Shown here: positions 37,036 to 46,510 of the stretch, piece by piece
Position numbering within the stretch: position 1 is the first letter of the stretch
How the letters are laid out: each line of letters starts with the position of its first letter
DNA from: a virus
Lineage: Duplodnaviria; Heunggongvirae; Uroviricota; Caudoviricetes
Virus record (IMG/VR): IMGVR_UViG_2851955134_000009
Reading direction: 5' to 3' (one strand)
DNA length: 64,000 nucleotides
Translations under genes and position numbers: made by a program
The notes under the pieces: model-generated
Seen by the model: only the letters and a program-made list of their open reading frames with translations
Told to the model about the DNA's origin: nothing
Databases searched by the model: none

Positions 37036-37344
37036 ATGAGTAAGACGAATGTTTCAAGCTCCGGCAGTCGCATCCTCCGGGTACTAAAAGCGCTGCGTGG
37101 TCATGCTCTGAACGGTATTTCCAACGGTGAACTGGCAGCAGCACTGCACGAGTCACCGGCGAACATCAACCGGGCACTCAACACCCTCATTGAAGAAGGG
37201 CTGGCTCTGAAACTGGAGAACGGACGTTTCGCACCGGGCATTCAGTTGCTGCAGATCGCCATGGCCCACAGTAACGAGATGGCACGTGCACAGGATCGTA
37301 TTAACGAAATTAACCAACGTGTTATTTCAGGAAGTCGTTTGTAA
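37036..37344 (+). CDS. putative winged-helix transcriptional regulator
   Basis: About 100 aa; HTH-like segment (ISNGELAAALHESPANINRALNTLIEEGL). Confidence 0.35.
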   Translation: MSKTNVSSSGSRILRVLKALRGHALNGISNGELAAALHESPANINRALNTLIEEGLALKLENGRFAPGIQLLQIAMAHSNEMARAQDRINEINQRVISGSRL

Positions 37345-37354
37345 GGAGTAATCA

Positions 37355-38272
37355 ATGGGACGCACCAAATCACCGGTTAGCACTGAACTGAACGTCGAGG
37401 TACCGCTGTCGGATGATCTCAATGTCAGTCTGAACGCCATGACACAGCATCGCATGGAAATCATGCAACAGTTCGGCGATGGTCTGCCCTATGAGCGCGA
37501 TCGTGTTGTCCATGAGGCACGCTTTTATATGGCACAGAGCGCTGAGGCCATGCTGGAGGCAGGTAAACGGCTAATAATCCTTAAGGAAAATGAACCACAC
37601 GGGGAGTTTATAAAGATTCTTGAAAGTGAGTTGGGGCTGGCATACCGGACATCTGTGAGAATGATGCAGGCATCGACAAAATACTTATCCCCGGCGCTGA
37701 AACCAAATGTGCCAACGTTGGCACATTTGGGAAAAGCCAAACTTTTCGAATTAATGACAGAAGACGACGAAGAGCTTGCCGAACTGGCCGACGGCGGTAC
37801 GGTTGCCGGCCTGACGCTTGACGATGTTGATCGCATGTCAGTACGTGAACTTCGTCAGGCCCTGCGCGAAGCGCGCGAAACCAATGCAGCACAACAGCGT
37901 GTTCTAGCCGACAAAAATGAAAAAATCGACTCACTCTCCACCAGGCTGGAGAAAAAATCCCGTATTCAACCGCCTGAGCCTGATGAAGAGGTGAAGAAGC
38001 TGCGGGCGGAAGTGACCGCATTAGCGGTTGAGGCGGAATCTGCCATCGCCGTCCGGCTCTCCGGTGCCTTTGAAACCCTGTGTGAATACTGCAGTAAAAA
38101 CATGATTGATACCCCCAGAGATTTCATGGCCGGTCTGGTCTGCCAGATTGAACGCAGTGTTCATGCATTGCGTGAGACGTTCGACCTTGATGCCGCACCA
38201 TCGGGTAACGATGTCCCCGCATGGCTGACCGAACCGGAGCCTGAAATCAACCGACCGGAGGGCATGCGTTAA
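37355..38272 (+). CDS. hypothetical protein (early region)
   Basis: 305-aa ORF with a coiled-coil central region, between Ner-like and transposase genes. Confidence 0.35.
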   Translation: MGRTKSPVSTELNVEVPLSDDLNVSLNAMTQHRMEIMQQFGDGLPYERDRVVHEARFYMAQSAEAMLEAGKRLIILKENEPHGEFIKILESELGLAYRTSVRMMQASTKYLSPALKPNVPTLAHLGKAKLFELMTEDDEELAELADGGTVAGLTLDDVDRMSVRELRQALREARETNAAQQRVLADKNEKIDSLSTRLEKKSRIQPPEPDEEVKKLRAEVTALAVEAESAIAVRLSGAFETLCEYCSKNMIDTPRDFMAGLVCQIERSVHALRETFDLDAAPSGNDVPAWLTEPEPEINRPEGMR

Positions 38273-38589
38273 TGAACACGAATAATACACAAAATATCCT
38301 GATGGACAGCCCGGAAGCACTGGGGCACGCACTGTGTAATCTGCTGCCGGAGATGGTGCAGGGTTTCCGCGTGGTGACACCTTCCGGTGAAATCTGCGTA
38401 CCCGCACAGGAGGCGCATCCGTTTGTACTGACGATGGAAGTGATGCTGATGCAGCAGATAAGACGTCTGCAGCATCAGTCAGCATTGCGCCCGGCAGTTG
38501 CGCCGCAACCGGTAAATAACGTGGTGAAAACCTGCGATGGCGAAACCCTGCGCGACCGTGCCAGAAAAATTGCCGCCAGAATCGGATAA
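38272..38589 (+). CDS. hypothetical protein
   Basis: 105-aa ORF whose start overlaps the upstream stop. Confidence 0.3.
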   Translation: MNTNNTQNILMDSPEALGHALCNLLPEMVQGFRVVTPSGEICVPAQEAHPFVLTMEVMLMQQIRRLQHQSALRPAVAPQPVNNVVKTCDGETLRDRARKIAARIG

Positions 38590-38604
38590 CAGGGAAGACA
38601 AGCT

Positions 38605-40374
38605 ATGACCCCGGCACTGACTGAAAAACTTGTTGAAACAGCCCGCGCGGCACGTAATGCGGGGCATGGTAAACGCGGTGCAATATACGACGCTGCCTGT
38701 GCTGAACTTGGCATGTCCCGCGCCACTCTGCTGCGCAGGCTGAAGGAGGTCTCTGTGACTGATAAACGCAAAAAACGCGCCGATGCCGGACGCAGCACCC
38801 TGACCCGCGACGAAGCCGCGCTGATATCTGCCACACTACGTGAGGCCACCCGCAAGAACGGTAAGCGTCTCTATTCCATCGCGGATGCAGTGGAAACCCT
38901 GCGGGCTAACGGCTTTATCTCCGCAGGCAGAACAGATGAAACCACCGGTGAGTTTTTCCCGTTGTCCGAAGATGCCATCAGTCGTGCCCTGCGTAACTAT
39001 GGCCTGCACCCGGAACAACTGGATGCCCCTGCACCGCATACCGAAGTGGCCAGTCTGCACCCCAATCATGTCTGGCAGATTGACGCCTCACTCTGCACGC
39101 TTTACTACCTGAGCAATGGACATAAAGGGCTGCAGGTGATGGACAGCGCGAAATTCTACAAAAACAAGCCCGCTAACCTTGCCCGTATCGCCAGTGACCG
39201 CGTGTGGAGTTACGAGATTACCGACCATGCCAGCGGCTGGATTTACGTTGAGTATGTGACGGGTGCGGAATCCGGTGAGAACCTGTGTTCTGTGCTTATC
39301 AACGCCATGCAGGAGCGTGGCGGCGCAGACGTGCTGCACGGCGTGCCAAAAATACTCTATCTCGACCCCGGCTCGGCAAACACCGCGGGTATGACGAAAA
39401 ACATGTGCCGCTCACTGGGCATCGACCTGATAGCGCACAAGCCGCATAACGCCCGCGCCACCGGACAGGTGGAAAAGGCGCGTGACATTATCGAACGCAA
39501 GCTGGAGCCGGGTCTGAAGTTCCGGCCGGTTCACAGTCTGGAAGAACTCAACGCGCTGGCCGCGAAATGGCGCAGCCACTTTAACGCCACGGCTGTTCAC
39601 AGCCGCCACGGTAAAACCCGCACGGATATCTGGCTGAAGATTACTGCTGAGCAGCTGAAAAAAGCGCCTTCCGTTGAGGTATGTCGTGAACTGGCTGTGG
39701 CGGCACCAGAACTCCGCAAAGTCACGCCAAAACTTCGTGTCTCGTTCCGGGGCACTGAATTTGACGTATCAACGGTACCGGGCGTACTGGTCGGTGAAAA
39801 ACTGATGATTACCCGTAACCCGTGGCGCAGCGATGTGGCACAGGTGGTTCTGACCGGTGAGGACGGCCACGAGACGTTCTTCCTGGTCGAAGAGGTCAGA
39901 AAGAACGAGTTTGGCTTTGCTGAAGGCGCGGCGGTATTTGGCGAAAGTTACAAAGCCCTGCCGGAAACCCCGGCGCAGATGGCGGCAAAAGAAACCGAAG
40001 CGCTGGTCACCGGTACAGACAACGCCGCAGATGCAGCTGCCGCACGCAAGGCGAAGGCGCTGCCGTTCGGCGGGCGGCTTGACCCGTATAAACATATTGA
40101 TGACGCCACACTTCCGGCCTGTATACCGAAGCGTGGTCAGGCCTCTGACGTACGCGGACCGCGCACTGAACAGCGTCCCATGACTCATGTGGAGGCCGCG
40201 AAAGCCCTGCGCGGGAAGTTTAGCGCAAACGGCCTGACCTGGACGCCGGAACATTACCGCCAGTTAACAGCACAGTACCCGGACGGCGTACCGGAAGCCG
40301 CACTGGATGAAGTCATGGCCACGCTGACCACGCCGGCCCGCAGCAGCGTTATCAGCATTGTTAACGGCAACTGA
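38605..40374 (+). CDS. DDE transposase (MuA-like)
   Basis: 589 aa; rve-type catalytic core with candidate DDE residues (WQIDAS, YLDPGSANT, downstream E); followed by a MuB-like ATPase. Confidence 0.75.
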   Translation: MTPALTEKLVETARAARNAGHGKRGAIYDAACAELGMSRATLLRRLKEVSVTDKRKKRADAGRSTLTRDEAALISATLREATRKNGKRLYSIADAVETLRANGFISAGRTDETTGEFFPLSEDAISRALRNYGLHPEQLDAPAPHTEVASLHPNHVWQIDASLCTLYYLSNGHKGLQVMDSAKFYKNKPANLARIASDRVWSYEITDHASGWIYVEYVTGAESGENLCSVLINAMQERGGADVLHGVPKILYLDPGSANTAGMTKNMCRSLGIDLIAHKPHNARATGQVEKARDIIERKLEPGLKFRPVHSLEELNALAAKWRSHFNATAVHSRHGKTRTDIWLKITAEQLKKAPSVEVCRELAVAAPELRKVTPKLRVSFRGTEFDVSTVPGVLVGEKLMITRNPWRSDVAQVVLTGEDGHETFFLVEEVRKNEFGFAEGAAVFGESYKALPETPAQMAAKETEALVTGTDNAADAAAARKAKALPFGGRLDPYKHIDDATLPACIPKRGQASDVRGPRTEQRPMTHVEAAKALRGKFSANGLTWTPEHYRQLTAQYPDGVPEAALDEVMATLTTPARSSVISIVNGN

Positions 40375-40384
40375 GGAGGGAAAC

Positions 40385-41551
40385 ATGCTGGTACTGAAGC
40401 AGCAACTGAAAGAGGCCCGTATTCCACAGGCGGTGGCGGCGAGAGCTGTCGATGTTTCTGAGGCCACGCTGGCCCAGATTGTGAATCATAACGCGTGGCC
40501 CCGCACCAGCCCCGGAGAAGTGCGCCGGCGTCTTGCGTCCTGGCTGGAAAGTCAGGGGATTGATACAACGAAGAGTTTTGATGCTGTACAGGGCGCGGCC
40601 ACGCCCCGTACAGCGGGTACCACAGATAAAACGAGCCTCAGTGAGGAAGAGAATATGTTACTCAAAAAACAGGTGTTATTTCCAGCAACCAAAAAAGCGT
40701 TTGGTCTTTTCCGTGACCCGTTCGCCGATGAAGCCATGCAGGGTTCTGATGATGTGTTCACCACCCCGGACATTCGCTACGTGCGTGAGGCGCTGTACCA
40801 GACAGCCCGTCATGGTGGGTTTATGGCCGTCATCGGTGAGTCCGGTGCGGGTAAATCCACGCTGCGCCGCGACCTGACTGAACGTATTAACCGCGAGAAT
40901 GCGCCGGTAATTGTTATCGAGCCATACATCATCGCTATGGAAGACAACGATGTGAAAGGGAAAACCCTGAAGGCAGCAGCTATTGCCGAAGCCATTATCA
41001 GTACCATCGCACCACTGGAAAGCATCAGACGCAGTCAGGACGCCCGCTTTCGCCAGTTGCATCGCGTCCTGAAAGACAGCAGCCAGGCGGGGTTCAGCCA
41101 CGTTCTGGTGATTGAGGAGGCCCACAGTCTGCCCATTCCGACACTGAAACACCTCAAACGCTTTTTTGAGCTGGAGTCCGGTTTCAAAAAACTGCTGTCC
41201 ATCGTGCTGATTGGCCAGCCGGAACTGGCGACAAAACTGTCTGAACGCAATATGGAAGTCCGTGAAGTCGTTCAGCGCTGTGAGGTGGTCGAACTTCTGC
41301 CTCTGGACAATAACCTTGAAGAATTTCTGACGTTCAAACTGCAACGGGCCGGTAAACAACTGACGGACATTATGGACGCCAGCGCAGTGGATGCCATACG
41401 TGCCCGCCTGAGCAATCCGGGAAGTCATCGTAAAAATATGGTCAGCCTGCTGTATCCGCTGGCCGTCAGTAACCTGGTAATAGCCGCCATGAATCTGGCC
41501 GCTGAAATCGGGGTTCCACAGGTCAACGCTGACGTTGTCAAAGGAGTTTAA
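40385..41551 (+). CDS. transposition ATPase (MuB/TniB-like AAA+)
   Basis: Walker A GESGAGKST, Walker B-like HVLVIEEAH; immediately downstream of the transposase. Confidence 0.65.
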   Translation: MLVLKQQLKEARIPQAVAARAVDVSEATLAQIVNHNAWPRTSPGEVRRRLASWLESQGIDTTKSFDAVQGAATPRTAGTTDKTSLSEEENMLLKKQVLFPATKKAFGLFRDPFADEAMQGSDDVFTTPDIRYVREALYQTARHGGFMAVIGESGAGKSTLRRDLTERINRENAPVIVIEPYIIAMEDNDVKGKTLKAAAIAEAIISTIAPLESIRRSQDARFRQLHRVLKDSSQAGFSHVLVIEEAHSLPIPTLKHLKRFFELESGFKKLLSIVLIGQPELATKLSERNMEVREVVQRCEVVELLPLDNNLEEFLTFKLQRAGKQLTDIMDASAVDAIRARLSNPGSHRKNMVSLLYPLAVSNLVIAAMNLAAEIGVPQVNADVVKGV

Positions 41552-41553
41552 TA

Positions 41554-41823
41554 ATGAAATCCACCACAGGTATCAACCAGCAAATCAGCAAAGTGCAGTC
41601 AGCCATTATGGCGCTTAAGGCGACGAACACGGATGTACAAAGCATCACCATCAGGGGTAACAAACCTGTCATCCGCGTTTCCCGGAGTGCGCATTGCATG
41701 CGCATGCTTGAGCAGGGAAAGGCCTGTTATCTGTATACCGGACATGACCACAGGGGATATTTCCGTCAGGGCGTTTTCGAACTGCACGGCTGTCGCGTCG
41801 TGTGGCCGGAATCTTTGTGGTAA
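41554..41823 (+). CDS. hypothetical protein
   Basis: 89-aa ORF directly after the ATPase gene. Confidence 0.3.
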   Translation: MKSTTGINQQISKVQSAIMALKATNTDVQSITIRGNKPVIRVSRSAHCMRMLEQGKACYLYTGHDHRGYFRQGVFELHGCRVVWPESLW

Positions 41824-41850
41824 TCAGCACAACCGGAGAAATCATAAAAT

Positions 41851-42381
41851 ATGGCAAAAAGTACAAAAGGGGCAAAACGTATCAAGGCCGCAGCGGCACT
41901 CTGGGTACCAGGGACACGCGAAGAGGTCATTGAGGGAATCAGACTACTCGGTGACGCACAACGTGAACTGGTCAGGGCTGAAACAGAAATGAATGACGCC
42001 ATTGGCGATATCACCGCACGTTATGCCCCGCTCACCGAGAGCCTGAAAAAACGCATGGCCGAACTGCAGTCCGGTATCCAGACATGGTGTGAGGCGCACC
42101 GTGATGAACTGACCGGCAACGGGAAGGTGAAGTTCGCTAACCTTACCACCGGCGAGGTGCAGTGGCGAAACCGTCCGCCATCAGTCAGTATCCGTGGGGC
42201 GGATAATGTTATTGAATTACTGAGACGTCTGGGGCTTGAGCGCTTTATTCGTGTAAAAGAGGAAATAAATAAAGACGCTATCCTGAATGAAAAAGAGGCC
42301 GTGAAAAATATTCCCGGTATTTCCATTAAAAGCGACATTGAGGATTTTTCAATAATTCCTTTTGAGCAGGATGTGCAGTAA
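41851..42381 (+). CDS. Gam-like host-nuclease inhibitor protein
   Basis: 176 aa; position after the B-like gene as in Mu. Confidence 0.5.
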   Translation: MAKSTKGAKRIKAAAALWVPGTREEVIEGIRLLGDAQRELVRAETEMNDAIGDITARYAPLTESLKKRMAELQSGIQTWCEAHRDELTGNGKVKFANLTTGEVQWRNRPPSVSIRGADNVIELLRRLGLERFIRVKEEINKDAILNEKEAVKNIPGISIKSDIEDFSIIPFEQDVQ

Positions 42382-42478
42382 ACACACCACGTTAATTATT
42401 TAATAAAAACATTTTCTTTTTTATTCCGGCGTCAGCGCCGCGGGCTTCTGCACGCCGGAAACAGAGGAGAATTAAATC

Positions 42479-42673
42479 ATGATATTTAAATGTATTCAGT
42501 GCGAGAGGGATATAACAGCCCTGCGTTTTCACAGCGCCATCGCCGTGATGTCCGGTAAATACCACATCCCTGCGGTACGCGTCACCCTGGTCTGCCCGTA
42601 CTGCAGCCAGCATTTTTCGGCGGACGTGCCCGTCATGGAATTCTCCCGCCCTGACAGGGAGGACGCGCAATGA
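42479..42673 (+). CDS. zinc-ribbon small protein
   Basis: 64 aa with CIQC...CPYC. Confidence 0.3.
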   Translation: MIFKCIQCERDITALRFHSAIAVMSGKYHIPAVRVTLVCPYCSQHFSADVPVMEFSRPDREDAQ

Positions 42674-42942
42674 TTACCCCACAGGAAGCACGACAGCGCA
42701 CCCGAACCCTTGTTGAACACTATGTCAACGAGTGTGAATGCCGCAACCTCACCGATGTGAAGCACGTCCTGACGGCACTAATCAGTATGGCCGCTCAGGC
42801 CATTGTGGCAACCAACGGAAAGGCGGCTGCCCTGCAGGTACTGGTGAACACACTCACCCACACGGCAGAGCATGAGGTGCCGTACCGGATGGAAACCACT
42901 GCAGAAGGCGGCCTGCACATCACCGTCAGCCGGAAGCACTGA
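42670..42942 (+). CDS. hypothetical protein
   Basis: 90-aa ORF in an operon-like run with overlapping start/stop codons. Confidence 0.3.
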   Translation: MITPQEARQRTRTLVEHYVNECECRNLTDVKHVLTALISMAAQAIVATNGKAAALQVLVNTLTHTAEHEVPYRMETTAEGGLHITVSRKH

Positions 42943-42951
42943 GGGCGCGGC

Positions 42952-43248
42952 ATGACACGGAACACCATACTCACCCGCACCGCCCTCTACCGTCTGGCCC
43001 TGCAGCGTTTCGGGCCGGACGCACAGGCCCTGAAACTGACAGAAGAGGCCGCTGAACTGGCGGCCAGTGCTGCCCGCAATCTGAACGGACAGGGCAGCGA
43101 AAGTGACCTCGCGGCAGAGCTGGCAGACGTGGAAATCATGACAGAGCAATTGCGCCTTCAGGGAATGGACCGGCTGATTGACTTCCACAAACAGAAAAAA
43201 CTGGAACGTCTGGCTGCACGACTGGGCGTGATTTACACGAACGAGTAA
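42952..43248 (+). CDS. hypothetical protein
   Basis: 98-aa ORF, early region. Confidence 0.3.
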   Translation: MTRNTILTRTALYRLALQRFGPDAQALKLTEEAAELAASAARNLNGQGSESDLAAELADVEIMTEQLRLQGMDRLIDFHKQKKLERLAARLGVIYTNE

Positions 43249-43262
43249 CCGGGAGGCATTCA

Positions 43263-43478
43263 ATGGCTGACATACTCAGGGAAATCACCGCATGGACACT
43301 GATTCTTACTGGCCTGGCGACATGCCTCAGTGCGGGAGCAGCCCTGGCTGCCCTGCTGATGCACATAACAACACAGTGGTTATGGGAAAAGCTTAAAGCA
43401 GCATACAGCCTGAAAGAGCTGTCCGACGCTGTCCGGGCATGGAAACGGCAGAAAAATACCGGAGATACAGAACAATGA
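43263..43478 (+). CDS. small membrane protein
   Basis: 71 aa with one TM segment (ITAWTLILTGLATCLSAGAALAALLM). Confidence 0.3.
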   Translation: MADILREITAWTLILTGLATCLSAGAALAALLMHITTQWLWEKLKAAYSLKELSDAVRAWKRQKNTGDTEQ

Positions 43479-44158
43479 CAGACCAGAATAAACACATTGA
43501 GAAACTGAAAAAGTTGCTGGCGCTGGCCGCATCCGGCAACCCGCACGAGGCCGCTCTGGCACTGCGCCGAGCCCGTAAACTGATGGATGTTCACGGCATC
43601 ACACATTCCGACATTGCTATGAGTGATATTGATGAAACCATCAGTCATTACTGGCCGACAGGCAGTCTCCGTCCACCGCGCTACATGCTGGGCCTGATGA
43701 ACATCATCCGCGAGGCATTTGGTGTTAACTCCATCATTCACCCCGGCACGCATCCGTCTGTGGGGTTCTACGGTAACCGGGAACGAGCGGCACTGGCTGC
43801 GTACACCTGGGAAGTGCTGGTCCGCCAACTGAAAAAGGCGCGTCAGCAGTATATCAGCGCACAGAACAAAAGAATAAAAAACGCCACCCGTACCAGCCGT
43901 GGAGACCAGTTTGCTGAAGGCTGGGTACTGGCCGTTATCAGTGAAATACAGTCCTTTGCCCTGACCGATGATGAGCGTGAACTGATGCAACAGTGGCTGG
44001 AACATAAATACCCGCAAACGCAAACCACCAGGGCGCGTAAACCGGGAAGAAGCCGCAATGGCGACGTCTCGCGCTATGCGGGGTTTCGTGAAGGGCAGAA
44101 CGTCAGACTGCACCGCCCGGTCAGTGGGCAGGAACAGCAGAAACTGGAGGCCAGATGA
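43476..44158 (+). CDS. hypothetical protein
   Basis: Start placed at MTDQNKHIEKL; about 227 aa. Confidence 0.35.
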
Positions 44159-44375
44159 TTACGTTATCAGGTAACAGCCGGAAATTAAAAGCCTGCCGAA
44201 TATCTCCCAGATACCTTTTTGCCCGCGCCTTTTTTAAGAACGTCAGGCCGGGGATCACAATTGGTGTTATTGCCGGACGCGAACAGGTTGAAAAATACAT
44301 GTCAGGTGCATGGTGGAATAAAGACCCTGTCATTGCTGCCCGTAATATTCATATCAGTTGGGGGGATATTCAGAA

Positions 44376-44590
44376 TGACTGCTGAATCTGTTGTATGTGC
44401 CCTGTTCTGGTATTGTTTTGTCGGTTGGTGTACTGCTGAACTGCACCGCCGTTCAGGGTTTTATTCACGTTACAGTGGTGCCGGTTACTGGATTAGCTGG
44501 TCGGTGATGTTCCTGTGCTGGCCTGTGGCATTTCCTTTATATGTCTATTATATCAGTGATGCAGGCAGAAGGAGCAACGATGATGACTAA
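44376..44590 (+). CDS. small membrane protein
   Basis: About 70 aa with two hydrophobic segments; overlaps the longer track ORF 44219-44590. Confidence 0.3.
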
Positions 44591-45032
44591 ACAACGTCTT
44601 ATCCAGCTTATCCATATTGCCCGTAATGAACTGGGTATGGATGAAGACACCTACCGCCAGATGTTACAGGGGCTGACCGGTAAAGCCTCAACCAAAGGAA
44701 TGGATACCACACAACTAAACTGCGTGCTGGAATCCATGAAAAAGAAAGGCTTTCGCGTTAAACCAGCCAGAAAAGCCAGCTCCGGTTTACCGCTGGATAA
44801 CCATCCGCAGTCCAGGAAAATTCGTGCGCTATGGCTTGAAATGGCTGCTGCCGGCATTGTTCGTGACCGTTCAGAAAATGCATTAGCGAGGTGGATCAAG
44901 CGGGAAACGGGCATCAGCGCCCTGCGCTGGCTCAGTACTGAACAGGCAGGCAGTGTTATTGAGAAACTGAAGAAGTGGCAGCACAGAGCTGCGGGAGTAA
45001 AACATGAGCGACCTGAATCAGTTTCGAAGTAA
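44580..45032 (+). CDS. GemA-like regulatory protein
   Basis: Start placed at MMTKQRLIQLIHIARNELGMDEDTYRQ; position immediately upstream of the Mor-like gene as in Mu. Confidence 0.55.
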   Translation: MMTKQRLIQLIHIARNELGMDEDTYRQMLQGLTGKASTKGMDTTQLNCVLESMKKKGFRVKPARKASSGLPLDNHPQSRKIRALWLEMAAAGIVRDRSENALARWIKRETGISALRWLSTEQAGSVIEKLKKWQHRAAGVKHERPESVSK

Positions 45033-45402
45033 AGGGCCGGAACTCCTGGTGGAACTGGCACAGCATACCTCTGAGACCGTTCGCGAGATTATTGATATTG
45101 AGCCCGCAATTGCCGACCAGATTGGTCAGGCCGTCGCGAACCGCATGATGCAGGTCTGGGGCGGGCAAAACGTTTATTTCCCGATGGGCATGGTATGGAA
45201 GGTCAGTCAGCGCGACCGGGAAATCTTCAGGGAGTTTAACGGACGTAACCACCATGAACTGGCCCGCAAATTTGGTGTTTCGCTTCAGTGGGTCTACAGC
45301 GTGGTTAAGCGGGTAAGAAAAGAAGAACTGGATCGGATGCAGGGCAGGTTGTTTGATGAAGATCTGCCAGAGGAGACGAAAGACGTTAACAAATCCAGAT
45401 AA
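45004..45402 (+). CDS. Mor/C-family transcriptional activator
   Basis: 132 aa; C-terminal HTH (HELARKFGVSLQWVYSVVKR) typical of Mor/C. Confidence 0.65.
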   Translation: MSDLNQFRSKGPELLVELAQHTSETVREIIDIEPAIADQIGQAVANRMMQVWGGQNVYFPMGMVWKVSQRDREIFREFNGRNHHELARKFGVSLQWVYSVVKRVRKEELDRMQGRLFDEDLPEETKDVNKSR

Positions 45403-45447
45403 TTCCTGCTTGTTAAAGTCCTTTCAAAAATCTCCTTATTGTATAAA

Positions 45448-45479
45448 AGCACGGTAGACCCCTTACCGTGCTTTTTTTA
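45448..45479 (+). terminator. rho-independent terminator after the Mor-like gene
   Basis: Stem agcacggta/taccgtgct with a 7-nt loop followed by a T7 run. Confidence 0.6.
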
Positions 45480-45516
45480 TGCTCTCTCTTTAGTATTCAG
45501 GATGCAGGGAGAAAAT

Positions 45517-46149
45517 ATGTTTGACGTTTCGTTGTTAAATCTGCCATGGGCAACACTGGTGACCCTGACCAGTGGCTATATTGGGTATTTTATTGCGAAT
45601 GTGGGACTGAAGGATCACCACAAGCCCATTGAGGTGACTTTTTCTTCGCTGATTTTTGGCCTGACAGCAATGATGGCTTACCAGGCTGTTATGTGGGCAG
45701 GTCTGAATGCCTGGCTGGCAACACCACCAGCACTTCTGTGTGCCGTTACATGCGGTGCGTGGTGGCGCAGGTACGGTCGCAAATGGATGTACAGATTACT
45801 GTGGAATAATGATATTTCATGGTCTGACGATACCAGCTCAGCATGGCAGGCAATGTTTGATCAAACAGGCTTCAGCGTTACCGAGGTCAGAGTGATTCTT
45901 CGCGATGGTTCCGGTATGATGTCACGGCTGCCAGGGAACTTTGAAGAGTGGCCTAACGGTCCGTTTACCCTGGGGAATAAAGGCGATATGGTTCTTTACG
46001 TCACGCACAGCAGCCCTTCAGGCAGTAACGAATGGGAAGAGTATAAAGGCGTGGTTGATAAGTACTGGGGAGCTCTGGCAACCTATATTCCAGCAGATCA
46101 GATTGCCAGAGTGGAGATCAGGCGCGTTCGTGCAACGAACGATGAATGA
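45517..46149 (+). CDS. membrane protein of unknown function at the element terminus
   Basis: Start placed at MFDVSLLNL; three to four N-terminal TM segments and a C-terminal soluble domain; isolated between a terminator and the element end. Confidence 0.4.
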   Translation: MFDVSLLNLPWATLVTLTSGYIGYFIANVGLKDHHKPIEVTFSSLIFGLTAMMAYQAVMWAGLNAWLATPPALLCAVTCGAWWRRYGRKWMYRLLWNNDISWSDDTSSAWQAMFDQTGFSVTEVRVILRDGSGMMSRLPGNFEEWPNGPFTLGNKGDMVLYVTHSSPSGSNEWEEYKGVVDKYWGALATYIPADQIARVEIRRVRATNDE

Positions 46150-46466
46150 TGTTTATTTTTTCCCTGGGGCAGGGGCTGCCGGCATAGTGGTTTTATTGGC
46201 AGAGGAAGACGATTCTCCTTTTCTACCGGAATCGCGCTCGAACGTCACGATGTGCTTGCTTTTGGGCTTTTCTGAGTAATCCAGGCTATCATGCTTATTG
46301 TTTTGAGTAGTCATTGGAATCATCCTTTTTGTTGCGGGTCATGTTTCAGCAAACTCGATTCTAAGTTGCCAGGAAGGATGATTTCAATGCCCGACTTATC
46401 TATCGTATAGCGGAAAAGAATTTCAGTTCTGTTCACCAGAACCCATGTTAACCCACTCCAATTCGT

Positions 46467-46510
46467 TATTTATCTCACGGATCCCCCTTCATTTATCTCA
46501 TGTCTGATCA
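46467..46510. repeat. Mu-like element terminal repeat, right-hand copy in window coordinates (putative transposase-binding sites)
   Basis: Reverse complement reads TGATCAGACATGAGATAAATG...GTGAGATAAATAA, matching the end at 8916. Confidence 0.55.

Larger units (their letters stand above)
8916..46510. mobile_element. Mu-like transposable prophage (BcepMu-like divergent organisation), about 37.6 kb
   Basis: Encodes Ner-like protein, DDE transposase, MuB-like ATPase, Gam, GemA, Mor, Mu-type head genes (portal, F, G, protease, capsid), a contractile tail module and an invertase. Termini begin TGAT and carry two GATAAAT motifs at equal spacing in inverted orientation; flanked by the ATTATT repeat. 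Confidence 0.7.

Noticed and set aside
42392-42478. Hairpin ccggcgt...acgccgg preceded by a T-run after the Gam-like gene as a terminator
   Set aside because: The T-run precedes rather than follows the stem on the plus strand, and no minus-strand gene ends there; it is more likely an incidental GC-rich palindrome.
8916-46510. Alternative explanation that early and late arms belong to two different Mu-like prophages, or result from an invertase-mediated inversion
   Set aside because: A single pair of matching terminal repeats with one flanking direct repeat encloses both arms, and the total size of 37.6 kb fits one transposable phage genome. Divergent arms are a known organisation for BcepMu-type phages.
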